Virus record (IMG/VR): IMGVR_UViG_3300049182_000044
Coordinates: 1 to 64,000 of that record
Source of the DNA: a virus
Taxonomy: Duplodnaviria; Caudoviricetes
Strand: one strand, 5' to 3'
Length of the DNA: 64,000 nucleotides
This document shows positions 1-9,295 of the stretch, in pieces. How positions within the stretch are numbered: the stretch's first letter is position 1; the number at the start of each line of letters is the position of its first letter. A program made the translations under genes and the position numbers. Below the pieces are notes generated by a model, which saw nothing but the letters and a program-made list of their open reading frames with translations, made no database searches and was not told the origin of the DNA.

Positions 1-459
1 TTTTCTGGGGTTCAGGGAATTCCATGGCCGGACCTTCAGGCCGGATTTTCCACCAATGTCAGTGCATGTTTTCTCCATGCTGTCGTCCCATTGGTTTCAC
101 TTCGTTCAACCCATCCGTATCTTTTTCCCCTTTTCCTTTTCGCCAATAGCATAATTTTCAATGCCATCACGCGCTGCGAATGTTACTCGTCCTTCCATGA
201 TAAACTGGCCATATGTTCTGGAACTTCAGCCGTTTTGCGTTGTCCATGTCTGCCGGCTTACGCCTTCAGCCATTTGGACAGGCCCCACTTGTAACTGAAG
301 TTTACAGTACGTGTTTTGAATCCCTCAAATTTTGGGTGTCTGACCCCTGGGGACGGTTTTAGCCCTTGAACCCCCGGTAAAAATGCCTCGAAGTGCGGAA
401 AATGCCTTATACTGCCTCGTTCTAGACGACATTTTTTCAAAAATCTTTAAAATCCGAAT

Positions 460-467
460 CTGTAAAG
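460..467 (+). promoter_or_regulatory. Candidate phage promoter CTGTAAAG
   Basis: About 110 nt upstream of ORF 575; a mirror copy on the minus strand lies at 301-308. Confidence 0.4.
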
Positions 468-574
468 GGTACATGAATGCTTTAAAATCAATGAGTTACG
501 ATTGTTAATGTGACAACAAAGATTACACACAATCGCAAGTATGGAAACTGTCGCTGAGCGTAAAAGGGGAAGTA

Positions 575-1711
575 ATGTCAGCAAACGAAGGCCAGGAGAA
601 GGTCAAACGCGAGTACAAGTATCGCAGAAGACCTCCAGTAAGTGAAGAGTCGAAACAGACTCGGAGATACGCCAATGAAGTACGCAGGCTCTATAAAGGA
701 TTTTTTGTCGTGAAAGACTCAGCCACCTATGTGGACGAAAAGACTACACTAGCTCATAGCTGCCTTATTTGCGGCAGCACAGAAGTAGTGAAGCCGAAAA
801 CCGTGTTATCTGGTCGTGGTTGCAGTGAGTGCAAAACCACTGAAGAGCACATGAAGCTGCTAGCCGATCACATACAACGCTTGAAAGAAGTACACGATGG
901 GCAGTTCGAGCTTATAGGATTGCCACCACGCTTTACTGGGGCGAGTAAGGAAATGCACCGCTGTAAGGAATGCACGGGTCAGTTTATTGTGCGTCCCGGG
1001 GCTGTACTAATGCCTGACTTCAAATGCAGCTTCTGCGAGGACAATAAGAATCAAAAGCGCCAAGTACGAGCATATAAGAACAGACTAGAGCTTTTATACG
1101 GTGGGCAGATTCGCTTGACGCACAGATTGAACTTGCACGAGCCTGTGTCATATACTTGCTCTTGTAACGCGCAGCACCCAAGCATGTGGGTTGCGAGTAT
1201 CGAAGAAATGCTTTCGGGTAGCGGATGCCCGAAGTGCGGCAACGCAGTTGCAATGCCTAAGCTTGTGAATCCAGTGATGAAGAGGGGTAAAGGATTCATT
1301 CTACGCCGCTCACTTGAAGCCAAGGCGCTAAATGCAATCTCGGCAGAAGTACCCTCGTTATTGGATGTAGAAACGGCTTTGACTTACCCGATTCCGGTGA
1401 TCGGGAAGAAGCATGTGCCTGCATACTATCTAGTTAAGAAGAACAAGCTGGTTGACGTAACTACGCTAAAGCTCTTTGATGAAGCGCGACCTCGCTATGT
1501 TTCTCGCTATAGGAAAGCGAAAAAGCTAGGATACGAATACGCTCTGATTGTAATTGATGAGAAAAAAGATATTGTGGTGATGTTCAACAGTGAGGAATGG
1601 CTGGCCTCTGCTGACAAGAAGTTGCCGCTCAATTTGAGGGAAGACTTTGTGATCGGCCCTAAGAACGTTCGATGCAAAACGTTCAAAGGCGAGAAGGAAG
1701 GGAAGGTATAG
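575..1711 (+). CDS. Zinc-ribbon-repeat protein of homing-endonuclease type; C-terminal PD-(D/E)xK-like domain appears degenerate
   Basis: Repeated CxxC pairs (CLIC..CSEC, CKEC..CSFC, CSC..CPKC). The C-terminus HVPAYYLVKKNKLVDVTT aligns by eye with YFPDFYRPFSRTVIEVKS of ORF 45173-45982. Confidence 0.6.
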   Translation: MSANEGQEKVKREYKYRRRPPVSEESKQTRRYANEVRRLYKGFFVVKDSATYVDEKTTLAHSCLICGSTEVVKPKTVLSGRGCSECKTTEEHMKLLADHIQRLKEVHDGQFELIGLPPRFTGASKEMHRCKECTGQFIVRPGAVLMPDFKCSFCEDNKNQKRQVRAYKNRLELLYGGQIRLTHRLNLHEPVSYTCSCNAQHPSMWVASIEEMLSGSGCPKCGNAVAMPKLVNPVMKRGKGFILRRSLEAKALNAISAEVPSLLDVETALTYPIPVIGKKHVPAYYLVKKNKLVDVTTLKLFDEARPRYVSRYRKAKKLGYEYALIVIDEKKDIVVMFNSEEWLASADKKLPLNLREDFVIGPKNVRCKTFKGEKEGKV

Positions 1712-1802
1712 AAAAAAGAGTGGTCTGGGAGCCAAAGCGATAAAGGGGATAAATCGCAGCTCACCAGACCACTGAAAAATAAAACTAAGGAGGACTTACA
1801 AA

Positions 1803-1907
1803 ATGAATCAAACGCAAAAATCTAATGCGCAGACACAAGCACGCAGGAACAGTTTCAAACAGCCGAGTAGTGCGATAATGCATCAACATGCCGATGGGCG
1901 CTTATGA
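1803..1907 (+). CDS. Small 34-aa ORF, absent from the ORF track
   Basis: Strong Shine-Dalgarno AAGGAGG just upstream of ATG 1803; MNQTQKSNAQ...GRL then TGA. Confidence 0.45.
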   Translation: MNQTQKSNAQTQARRNSFKQPSSAIMHQHADGRL

Positions 1908-1993
1908 TTGGGAGCATTCGCCTATGACCATCATTCACGTCCTGCGTATTTTGAAATTATGATTTATGCCGTTTCGCGGCACACATCCATCAA

Positions 1994-3058
1994 TCAAATT
2001 CCCAATGCTGCTCTAGCTTCACGCACCAGTGACTTAGCACGCTTCACCTGAGGGTCGTTCATTTCAGACTCTTTCAAATACCTCTTCAAACCAGTTGTGA
2101 TATTGAACTTCGGAAGATCGCGGATCGTCAATTCAGCCGAACGCTCACCTTCTTCCTGCTCCATGTTGACCTTTACTGATTTCGCTGCACCCATCAAGTA
2201 GATGATGTTCGGGAAATCACGCATGATGTTCTTCGGAACAATCACGCCTTCGCCAGTTAGGATCTTGTAGCGAATGTTTTCGTCATGCGTCAATGTATCC
2301 CAATCGTCTGAGCTCTCGATTAACTTCGTCTCGAGCGTGAAGTCAGGATGTGAATTGACGAACTCGTGGTGCACAGACAGCTTACCGCCATTGACGTACT
2401 TCGCCGTGAAGTCCAAAAAGCCTTTCGGCAGCGCTTCACCGAAGTTCTTCTGATACAGTGATCCACAGTAGGCAAATCGTTTCGAGCGCAGGAACTGCTG
2501 TTGATGAATGTGGCCGGAGAAGATGAAGTCACCAGCCTGGCGTTTGAACTTTTCGTCATCACCATGCTTCAACGGACGCCCATTATCACCGATAGCACCT
2601 GCAACCTCGATGTGTGCAAACACCAGCGGTGGCTTAGGTGCCTCAAGCACTTGATTGTGCGGGAACGGCATGAAGCAGCAATTGATACCGTCGATCTTCT
2701 TCAGCGTAGGCTGGTAGAACAAGTGGAAGGTTTTGAAGAACCCACTATCAGCCAACACCTTCAGAACGTCCATCGACGTCTTTGTGGTGTGAGCAACGTC
2801 GTGATTGCCCAGCTGATAGTAGGTATGAATATGACCGTCGTATGTGAGCAGCAACGTGATGATCGAAATCAGCGTGTGCTCGTCCATACGAGGAACGTCG
2901 CTCATGTCTCCAGGAACGAAAACATGGGAGATGCCATGCTCTGCTGCATAGCGGTAGGGTTTGTGAATCTCAGCGATTTGCTTCTCAGTCGGATTGCGAA
3001 AGATTTTCGCCATGCCGTTTAAATGCCAATCGGATGTTACGATTCCTCTGAGTGCCAT
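1994..3058 (-). CDS. sbcD: SbcD/Mre11/gp47-like metallophosphoesterase recombination nuclease
   Basis: Calcineurin-like motifs SDWH, GD, GNHD, FAH, GHIH. Confidence 0.85.
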   Translation of the reverse strand: MALRGIVTSDWHLNGMAKIFRNPTEKQIAEIHKPYRYAAEHGISHVFVPGDMSDVPRMDEHTLISIITLLLTYDGHIHTYYQLGNHDVAHTTKTSMDVLKVLADSGFFKTFHLFYQPTLKKIDGINCCFMPFPHNQVLEAPKPPLVFAHIEVAGAIGDNGRPLKHGDDEKFKRQAGDFIFSGHIHQQQFLRSKRFAYCGSLYQKNFGEALPKGFLDFTAKYVNGGKLSVHHEFVNSHPDFTLETKLIESSDDWDTLTHDENIRYKILTGEGVIVPKNIMRDFPNIIYLMGAAKSVKVNMEQEEGERSAELTIRDLPKFNITTGLKRYLKESEMNDPQVKRAKSLVREARAALGI

Positions 3059-3090
3059 AGTATTCTCTAATGCGTTGATATATGCACTCT

Positions 3091-3098
3091 ATTTACAT
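3091..3098 (-). promoter_or_regulatory. Candidate phage promoter ATGTAAAT
   Basis: 33 nt upstream of sbcD. Confidence 0.55.
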
Positions 3099-3499
3099 TA
3101 TTGCTCGTGCTGACCTCTTGGCGTAATTGAAATGTCGATCAGCTTGAACCAACCTTCGATCTGCAAAGTGTACGCAGTTCGACCCAAGGGCTTCTTGCTA
3201 GGAGGGCCACCCACAGCTTGAGCATTTAGCACTCTACACAATGCCGCAACAAGCTCTTCTACTGAGGCTGCATCCTCTACCCAAGGTACTGCGATAATGT
3301 CGTAGTCACGCGCCTGAGTCCCGTGAACACCTATTGCATACCCATTATCCCTAGCTACTGATCGGATCAGATCAATGGGCGGATTGGCTGGCTCATGCCA
3401 AGCATCTGCTACTGTCCCATCCTTACAGCGAAAACATTCACGCTCGGGCGTCCCATACACTCGGGAGCCATTACAAATAGTACAAGGCTTCTTACTCAT
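3098..3499 (-). CDS. Hypothetical protein with N-terminal CxxC..CxxC and a minimal nucleotidyltransferase-like motif
   Basis: HGTQARDYDIIAVPW resembles GS..xDxD. Start moved to ATG 3499 because of ATGA coupling with the upstream gene. Confidence 0.45.
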   Translation of the reverse strand: MSKKPCTICNGSRVYGTPERECFRCKDGTVADAWHEPANPPIDLIRSVARDNGYAIGVHGTQARDYDIIAVPWVEDAASVEELVAALCRVLNAQAVGGPPSKKPLGRTAYTLQIEGWFKLIDISITPRGQHEQ

Positions 3500-3894
3500 T
3501 CTAAAAACTCCTTCCATTCAATAGGGAAGCTGCAACGTCTTGTAGCCCCACGAAACATTGGTGCGATCTCTCGATCCTTGTACCCAGCCAGTCCGCATCC
3601 GATTCGCGTGACGAAAAACATCAGCTCACGATTCTCTTTAGTGAATTGCCTGAAACGTTTCACCGCCGCTTTGATTTCACTCTTTGACAGAACGTTTAGT
3701 GAACCATCCTTAGTCGGTATGGCATAACAACGTCGCATCAATCCCTCACCTATACCTCGTCGTGCACCGTACTTACGTTTAGCGACTTCGGCGGCACCTT
3801 TACCGTGGCGACCAGCGGTGTTCGAGCCAAACACAAACACCTCGTCTTCCGCTGGCGCACATCCATCTACGTGGTAGCGATACCTGGTGAACAT
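3496..3894 (-). CDS. Macrodomain-like phage protein (FVFGSNxAGRHGxGAA family)
   Basis: VFVFGSNTAGRHGKGAA, YAIPTK, TRIGCGLAG: Gly-rich loops typical of macro-like folds. Confidence 0.6.
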   Translation of the reverse strand: MFTRYRYHVDGCAPAEDEVFVFGSNTAGRHGKGAAEVAKRKYGARRGIGEGLMRRCYAIPTKDGSLNVLSKSEIKAAVKRFRQFTKENRELMFFVTRIGCGLAGYKDREIAPMFRGATRRCSFPIEWKEFLE

Positions 3895-4100
3895 GGATCT
3901 TCAATGCGCAAGAAGGGGAGCTCTGTGACGACCATCTCGGTCTTACCTTCGGTGTTGCCGATAGGGTAAAGCTCGAGATTTCCATCTGGATTACGGCGCC
4001 GAATCACATCACCTGGTTCGAGGAAGTCTATGTAAGATTGTTTCCATGTGCCGTCAAGCTGCTTCACTTCGATAGTTATCGTTATGCTTGAGTCTCTCAT
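3867..4100 (-). CDS. Hypothetical protein
   Basis: 77-aa ORF in the operon, abutting both neighbours. Confidence 0.6.
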   Translation of the reverse strand: MRDSSITITIEVKQLDGTWKQSYIDFLEPGDVIRRRNPDGNLELYPIGNTEGKTEMVVTELPFLRIEDPCSPGIATT

Positions 4101-4101
4101 T

Positions 4102-4929
4102 TCAGTCCTCCACGATTAGCAAGGACATTGCTTCACCACGATTGCCTTGAATGGAGGCCTCGTAAGGCATATCCCATTCGACCATATCGGAACCGATGGT
4201 GACAGTCGGTACCTGACCCTCATTGACGCACAGAGTACCTAAGAAGGCCGGTGCGCCAAAGAAGACACAGGCATCGGGATCGATCACGCGATGCTCTGGC
4301 GTCCTGAAAGCGTCACTCATTACAGGCATGCCATACAGGTGCCCCATGTTACCGCGCATGACGTTTTCGATCTTCGAACTTGGATCGAACATGCTGCGAA
4401 TTTCGGGATTGGCAATAAGGTTGTCACTGTAGAAGCGAGAGCCCATGAGACACGCATACACAGGAATGTCGTTATCAGTTACGATAGAGCGAACCTGAGC
4501 AAGCAGTTGCCCAGTCACTTCATTACGCTTCACACGAACGATCCGACTAGCCTTGTTCTTGAACGCTAGGCTGACAAGACCCCGATCTTCTGACGCGAAC
4601 ATTTGCTCCTGAGCTGAAATGAATTGCTCTTCCATCTGCAGGCGCTTGTTCACACGGTTGCGCTCAAACTTCATCGACACGGTCTTTTCAGACGGCTGCG
4701 CCCCGGTCATGGGAATACGATTGAGAAGACGCCGAGCAAAGCCTTCATGCTCGGCCGTACTCACTAGCTCTTGTTGAGTGCAGATAGCAAACGTAGGGTG
4801 TGCGTAATCGACGATGCTGTAGAACACATCTTTGCTGATCGTGATGTTCTCTTTTTTCGCGAGCTTCTCTTCTTGCTGACGCGCTTGCAAGGTCTTGAAC
4901 ATCGTGTTTATGTCCGGCTGTTGATCCAT
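4102..4929 (-). CDS. Divergent major-capsid-protein-like paralog
   Basis: Segments EGFARRLLNR, ASEDR and GNMGHLYGMPVMSDAFRTPEHRVI match, from memory, conserved blocks of Lu11/PaBG/RSL1-type major capsid proteins. Confidence 0.6.
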   Translation of the reverse strand: MDQQPDINTMFKTLQARQQEEKLAKKENITISKDVFYSIVDYAHPTFAICTQQELVSTAEHEGFARRLLNRIPMTGAQPSEKTVSMKFERNRVNKRLQMEEQFISAQEQMFASEDRGLVSLAFKNKASRIVRVKRNEVTGQLLAQVRSIVTDNDIPVYACLMGSRFYSDNLIANPEIRSMFDPSSKIENVMRGNMGHLYGMPVMSDAFRTPEHRVIDPDACVFFGAPAFLGTLCVNEGQVPTVTIGSDMVEWDMPYEASIQGNRGEAMSLLIVED

Positions 4930-4941
4930 TTCTCTTCCTCC

Positions 4942-5223
4942 TTAACGTTTTATAACTGCTACTACCTTCCCTATCAGTTCAACTCCTGCATCGTGGATCA
5001 GTTGAGAAGGATCTGCACTGTTCGACAGCTGAACTTCTGGTAGCACTACCTCCGACTTGATCTGTTGCCTCGTCGTACTAACAACCACGCCTATGACGAT
5101 ATCGCTAATATCGTACTCTTGCGAAGCACCGAAGAAGTCAGCAGCAGCCTGTCGCAAGTCTCTACGTGAATACGATTGACCCGGATCGAGCGAGTCAATA
5201 AAACTGTTCAACAACGCTTTCAT
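4942..5223 (-). CDS. Hypothetical protein
   Basis: 93-aa ORF, ATGA-coupled to the upstream gene. Confidence 0.65.
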   Translation of the reverse strand: MKALLNSFIDSLDPGQSYSRRDLRQAAADFFGASQEYDISDIVIGVVVSTTRQQIKSEVVLPEVQLSNSADPSQLIHDAGVELIGKVVAVIKR

Positions 5224-6140
5224 GTTGCATCACTCCATGGATTCTCTTCGCTATTTCCACCCATGACAGTGTTGTCCGAAGTGTTTACGAAGAAGTGGGT
5301 TCCTGTTAAAACCTTTTGCGGCTGATGGCGAGTAGGATCAAGAGCTCGAATCGCAGCAAGCGTCTGCTGAATTTCCCGTTCCAGCATTTTCGAGTAGTAC
5401 ATCTCTACACTACGCTTACCGCCAGTCTTCTCTTCAGACGTGTAATCCACCATCATGCGGTATGGATCAGACATCTGAACACGCGCTTTCTCAAGGCGGC
5501 GTTGAGCGATGATGTTGCGAAGCTCTTGTAAGCGTGTCATCATACGCTCGAACAAGTTCGATGCTTTGCCGCGCACCTGATCCCAGATCACCTGAAGTGC
5601 CGCGTAATCATCTTGCGCATACGCTTTCTTAGCTTCGACAAATAATGCCTGGAGCTTAAGATCTGTTGTCTTATCAGGATGAGTCTTTGCCGCGATCTTA
5701 CGGAAGAGCTTTTTGACCTTTTCAGAGACCTTAACATGCTGTTCCTCCATCTGTTCGGACATACGCTTGTTATGCTGCTCGTTATGATAACGGTGCATGC
5801 GCTCGATCTCTTCGTCAGTCAACTCAGGACCGCTCGATTCCTTCTCTTCAGCTCCGTCAACCGTGTCGCCCATCATCTTTTTCAAGTAGACGAGTTCGAG
5901 CTCTTCTTTAAGCTCTTTCAGCTGGCGAAGAGTTTCAGAGTGTGCCTCCTGCAACTCCTCTTCCATGGCTGTAATCTTCGACTTGATAGACTCAAGTTCA
6001 TCCTGCAATGCTTGTGCCTCACGCTCGAGCCGCGCCTCTTCTGAACGCTGCAACTCCTCGTACTCTCGCGTAGGCTTCCACATTACAAGAGCACGGCAGT
6101 CGGAAAGCTGAAGCTTACCTTGATACAGTGCTAATGTCAT
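5220..6140 (-). CDS. Coiled-coil protein with a J-domain (DnaJ-like co-chaperone)
   Basis: KKLFRKIAAKTHPDK: HPD motif in J-domain helix context, with long heptad-rich flanks. Confidence 0.75.
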   Translation of the reverse strand: MTLALYQGKLQLSDCRALVMWKPTREYEELQRSEEARLEREAQALQDELESIKSKITAMEEELQEAHSETLRQLKELKEELELVYLKKMMGDTVDGAEEKESSGPELTDEEIERMHRYHNEQHNKRMSEQMEEQHVKVSEKVKKLFRKIAAKTHPDKTTDLKLQALFVEAKKAYAQDDYAALQVIWDQVRGKASNLFERMMTRLQELRNIIAQRRLEKARVQMSDPYRMMVDYTSEEKTGGKRSVEMYYSKMLEREIQQTLAAIRALDPTRHQPQKVLTGTHFFVNTSDNTVMGGNSEENPWSDAT

Positions 6141-6151
6141 TTAATTCCCCT

Positions 6152-7144
6152 TTACCACAAACCCTTTGATTGCTTGACCCGATCCTTCAGGTGTTTCTTG
6201 ATCTGCACGAGCGTCTCTTTCAATTCGTAACGCTTGCACAGCTTCTCGATGCGTTCCACATCAGGATCTTTGAACGCGCAGTTCTCAAGAGTCACCTTGT
6301 GCGGTATGTCGAGCTTGAGCTTAATCAACTTGCGGCCAAGCTTGTGCCACTTCTTCTTTTTCGCAGCTAACAGGTGTTCAACGACGACCGGAGTCTTTTT
6401 CGGCTTCTTGGGCTTTCCGTTCTTGCCCATTTCAGCTTTAGGGATCAGTTCATCAATACGAGCAAGCAGTTCTTTCAGCGTGCCGAATTGATTCAACCAT
6501 CCAGCAGCGGTCTTCGGACCGACCTTATCAACGCCTGGGATGTTATCGACCTTATCGCCAAGCAGCGTGAGGTAGTCGACGATCTGATCGGGACGTACGC
6601 CGTATTCAACACGAATGCCTGCCGGATCGAGTAGCTCACGTTCCTTTGCGGTCACAATGTTGACGTTCTTCGTCACCAGCTGTGCCATATCCTTATCGTT
6701 CGTGGAGATCAATACCTCGCAGCCTTGCGCTTCAAACTCAGTGGCCAACGTGCCCATGAAGTCGTCGGCCTCAACGCCCTTCTTACCCAGCAGACGGAAG
6801 CCCATCGCCTTCAGTATCTGGCGAATTGGCTTGAACTGCTGTTTGACCTTCTCGTAGTCGTCTGTCTCTTTCGACTTGACTCGCGACTCGGAGCGCTTGT
6901 ACTCTGGATACACTTCCGAACGCCAGCTAGTGCGGCCACCCTTATCAAAGATTACCACGACACGATCAGGCTTCAGCTCATTGATATCCTTGAGGATGAT
7001 GTTCAACGTGCCTTTGATTGCGTTCGTCGGGAAACCTTCTTTGGTGGTCAACGGCTCGACCGCCCAATAGCCGCGGTGTACGTAATTATTTCCGTCCACT
7101 AAAAGGACGCGCAGCCGTTTGATCTTCTTTTCTTTCTTAGCCAT
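6152..7144 (-). CDS. 5'-3' exonuclease / flap endonuclease (PolI N-terminal, T4 RNase H family)
   Basis: LLVDGNNY, FD, YK, EADD, STNDKD, LGDKVDNIPGV helix-hairpin-helix. Confidence 0.92.
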   Translation of the reverse strand: MAKKEKKIKRLRVLLVDGNNYVHRGYWAVEPLTTKEGFPTNAIKGTLNIILKDINELKPDRVVVIFDKGGRTSWRSEVYPEYKRSESRVKSKETDDYEKVKQQFKPIRQILKAMGFRLLGKKGVEADDFMGTLATEFEAQGCEVLISTNDKDMAQLVTKNVNIVTAKERELLDPAGIRVEYGVRPDQIVDYLTLLGDKVDNIPGVDKVGPKTAAGWLNQFGTLKELLARIDELIPKAEMGKNGKPKKPKKTPVVVEHLLAAKKKKWHKLGRKLIKLKLDIPHKVTLENCAFKDPDVERIEKLCKRYELKETLVQIKKHLKDRVKQSKGLW

Positions 7145-7152
7145 GACGGCTC

Positions 7153-7716
7153 CTATTTGTCAAAGTCTATTGCGTGATGCTTCCAGTCGAAGCTCAATGT
7201 ATTGCGCAACCATTCGGAGGTTAATCTACGGTCGTAGCGCATCTTGTACTGATACACTGTTGATCCGTACATGAATACCGTGCCGCTGGACAATGGCCTC
7301 AATACAGCGACGTTGAAGAACTCGCACAAGAAATCAATCTCGCAGGTCGAGAACCGTGCCTCAGCATTCGCCACCCAAGGATGCAAGTCCTTCGGTACAG
7401 GAACATATTGCCCCGTAGTGCCACTTAACACAGCACTCACATGCGCCCACTGCTTAAACGCCCCATCAAACAAGCGCTCAGCTAAATGCTGACGAAGCGA
7501 ATCTTGCTGCGTTGAGTCTAGCCCAACCGCGTAGTAGGGTATAACAGGGCGATGACCAGTCTGCAGCAGTCTAGCCTCTTCAACCGTGTGCGTAATGATC
7601 TGAATCATGCTTTTGATCTGCTCGACTATAGACGTTTTGCTGTAGATCAACCTAGTATCCTCACCGACGCCGAGGACTTTTGGAAAACTTGGAATATTTG
7701 GATTGGTGAAGATCAT
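7153..7716 (-). CDS. Hypothetical protein
   Basis: 187-aa ORF; GGAG RBS of the downstream gene lies at its end. Confidence 0.65.
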   Translation of the reverse strand: MIFTNPNIPSFPKVLGVGEDTRLIYSKTSIVEQIKSMIQIITHTVEEARLLQTGHRPVIPYYAVGLDSTQQDSLRQHLAERLFDGAFKQWAHVSAVLSGTTGQYVPVPKDLHPWVANAEARFSTCEIDFLCEFFNVAVLRPLSSGTVFMYGSTVYQYKMRYDRRLTSEWLRNTLSFDWKHHAIDFDK

Positions 7717-7907
7717 GATTGCTTCTGCTTATCAGTCGATTGTCTGTACGCATCCCATCTATGCGGGTGCGATTTTCCTAAGGGACGTTTTGAATCTACT
7801 GCAATGCACTGCTCGCCAGCTTGCACCAAACAAAAAGGGCATACGACTGATCGTACGCCCTCACGAAGGTCAGGCAAGCTTGGCCTGATGTAATCTGGTC
7901 GAGACAA
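7713..7907 (-). CDS. Small zinc-finger protein
   Basis: CPFC..AGEQC..SHPHR (CxxC-C-H). Confidence 0.55.
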   Translation of the reverse strand: MSRPDYIRPSLPDLREGVRSVVCPFCLVQAGEQCIAVDSKRPLGKSHPHRWDAYRQSTDKQKQS

Positions 7908-8193
7908 CTACGCCTCCGTCTTTTTTGGCCCCTGTAACCTTGTACACAGGCTTTCCGATTATGTGTACGATCTTTGCTACGAGGAGATTGTCGAATACGT
8001 TCTGAACAACCGTCTTCAGCGTCCTTGCGTCGAGGTCCGCATTGGGGAAGAACTGCTTGACGAAGATCATCACGCCTTCAATGTCTACCAAGGTGTCGGT
8101 CTCTGCGCCTTCTTTTACACCCAACGCTGTCTTCACCACAGAGCTCTTAATCTCTCTCGACACTGTGTTCACGATATTTTCGATACGGTCCAT
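7870..8193 (-). CDS. Hypothetical protein
   Basis: Start moved to ATG 8193 (MDRIEN), ATGA-coupled with the upstream stop. Confidence 0.6.
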   Translation of the reverse strand: MDRIENIVNTVSREIKSSVVKTALGVKEGAETDTLVDIEGVMIFVKQFFPNADLDARTLKTVVQNVFDNLLVAKIVHIIGKPVYKVTGAKKDGGVVVSTRLHQAKLA

Positions 8194-8501
8194 CACACTT
8201 CCTCCACTCTGAGAACAACCCGCTCGATTGCAGAACCATTGCGCACACAATGCCCTTTAAGCTCGAACTTGTCACCGATTTTACGCTGCATCATCAGTCG
8301 CTGGAACGTTGCTGCTACAAGTTGATCCTTATCCAGAACCTTTTTGTCTTGTACCGATGCAACGTTGTCCAGCTCTTTGAGAATGTCGCTCTTGAAAATG
8401 ATTCGCTCGCGGAAGCTAGCGTTCATCCCGCTTTTGAAGCGATCACTGATCTTGTAGGCTGTATCAAACAGCACTTCATCCGCGTCGAATTTACTGTCCA
8501 T
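8193..8501 (-). CDS. Hypothetical protein
   Basis: 102-aa ORF coupled on both sides. Confidence 0.65.
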   Translation of the reverse strand: MDSKFDADEVLFDTAYKISDRFKSGMNASFRERIIFKSDILKELDNVASVQDKKVLDKDQLVAATFQRLMMQRKIGDKFELKGHCVRNGSAIERVVLRVEEV

Positions 8502-9295
8502 TATGTGACCTCGACTGTTTGACAGGCTTCAGCTGGAGGAGTCTTGTCGTAGTCCTTCGATTTAGCTAGGACTGCCAGCATCTCATACTCCATAGCACGC
8601 AGACGCTGCAACTCAACCAGCTCACTGGTGATGAAACGCTTGCGTTCGTACATGGCTTGAATTACATGCGCTTCCCATGCTGCATCGAATAGCGCGTGAT
8701 GCTTGACATAGTACGCAGGACTCTTGGACGTCGCTTCACCTACCTCAGCGAACTCCCGTGCGGTACGAACATCGCGCTCGTCACGGAAGTAAATGTCCAG
8801 CTCAAGACCCATGTGATCGAAGGCATCACGAAGGATTGCGCAGTCGAATGTAGGAGCATTAGCCCAGACACGGCGTGGCTTCACCACCTTCAACCAAGCT
8901 GCGAGACGCGCAAACGTGTCGATCAACTTCTCACGATGACCGGCCGCTACCTCGAGCATGTTGTAGGACTGCTTCTCCCACCACTTGATCGTTTCAGGAT
9001 CATGCGTGAAGCCGTGACGCAACGTCTGATACAGCGACACCGGCGTGTAGAACAAGCCGACACTGTTTGGATTGGACAAGTCTTGGAACGTTTCGATAGG
9101 CATACGCCCATCTTTCAGGAACGCCCCTTGCTCTTCCGAGATAATGTCTTCTTGAGAAAGAAGAACAGTTGGATTGAAAGAGACAGCGCCGATACTCATG
9201 ATACCAGCCATCTTCTTCTTTGATCCAACCAAATCCAGGGTTTCGAGATCGAGGGATACTTCGGGTTGAATGCTCACTTCATTTTCCTTTCGCAC
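8501..9295 (-). CDS. DEDDh 3'-5' exonuclease (ExoVIII/Rv2179c-like)
   Basis: LDLET, WANAPTFD, RDVRT, HHALFDA. Confidence 0.85.
   Translation of the reverse strand: MRKENEVSIQPEVSLDLETLDLVGSKKKMAGIMSIGAVSFNPTVLLSQEDIISEEQGAFLKDGRMPIETFQDLSNPNSVGLFYTPVSLYQTLRHGFTHDPETIKWWEKQSYNMLEVAAGHREKLIDTFARLAAWLKVVKPRRVWANAPTFDCAILRDAFDHMGLELDIYFRDERDVRTAREFAEVGEATSKSPAYYVKHHALFDAAWEAHVIQAMYERKRFITSELVELQRLRAMEYEMLAVLAKSKDYDKTPPAEACQTVEVT

Noticed and set aside
7870-8501. Possible tandem paralogy of two ~100-aa ORFs
   Set aside because: Similarity is limited to one helix (LVAATFQRLM versus VVQNVFDNLL), too weak to claim by eye.
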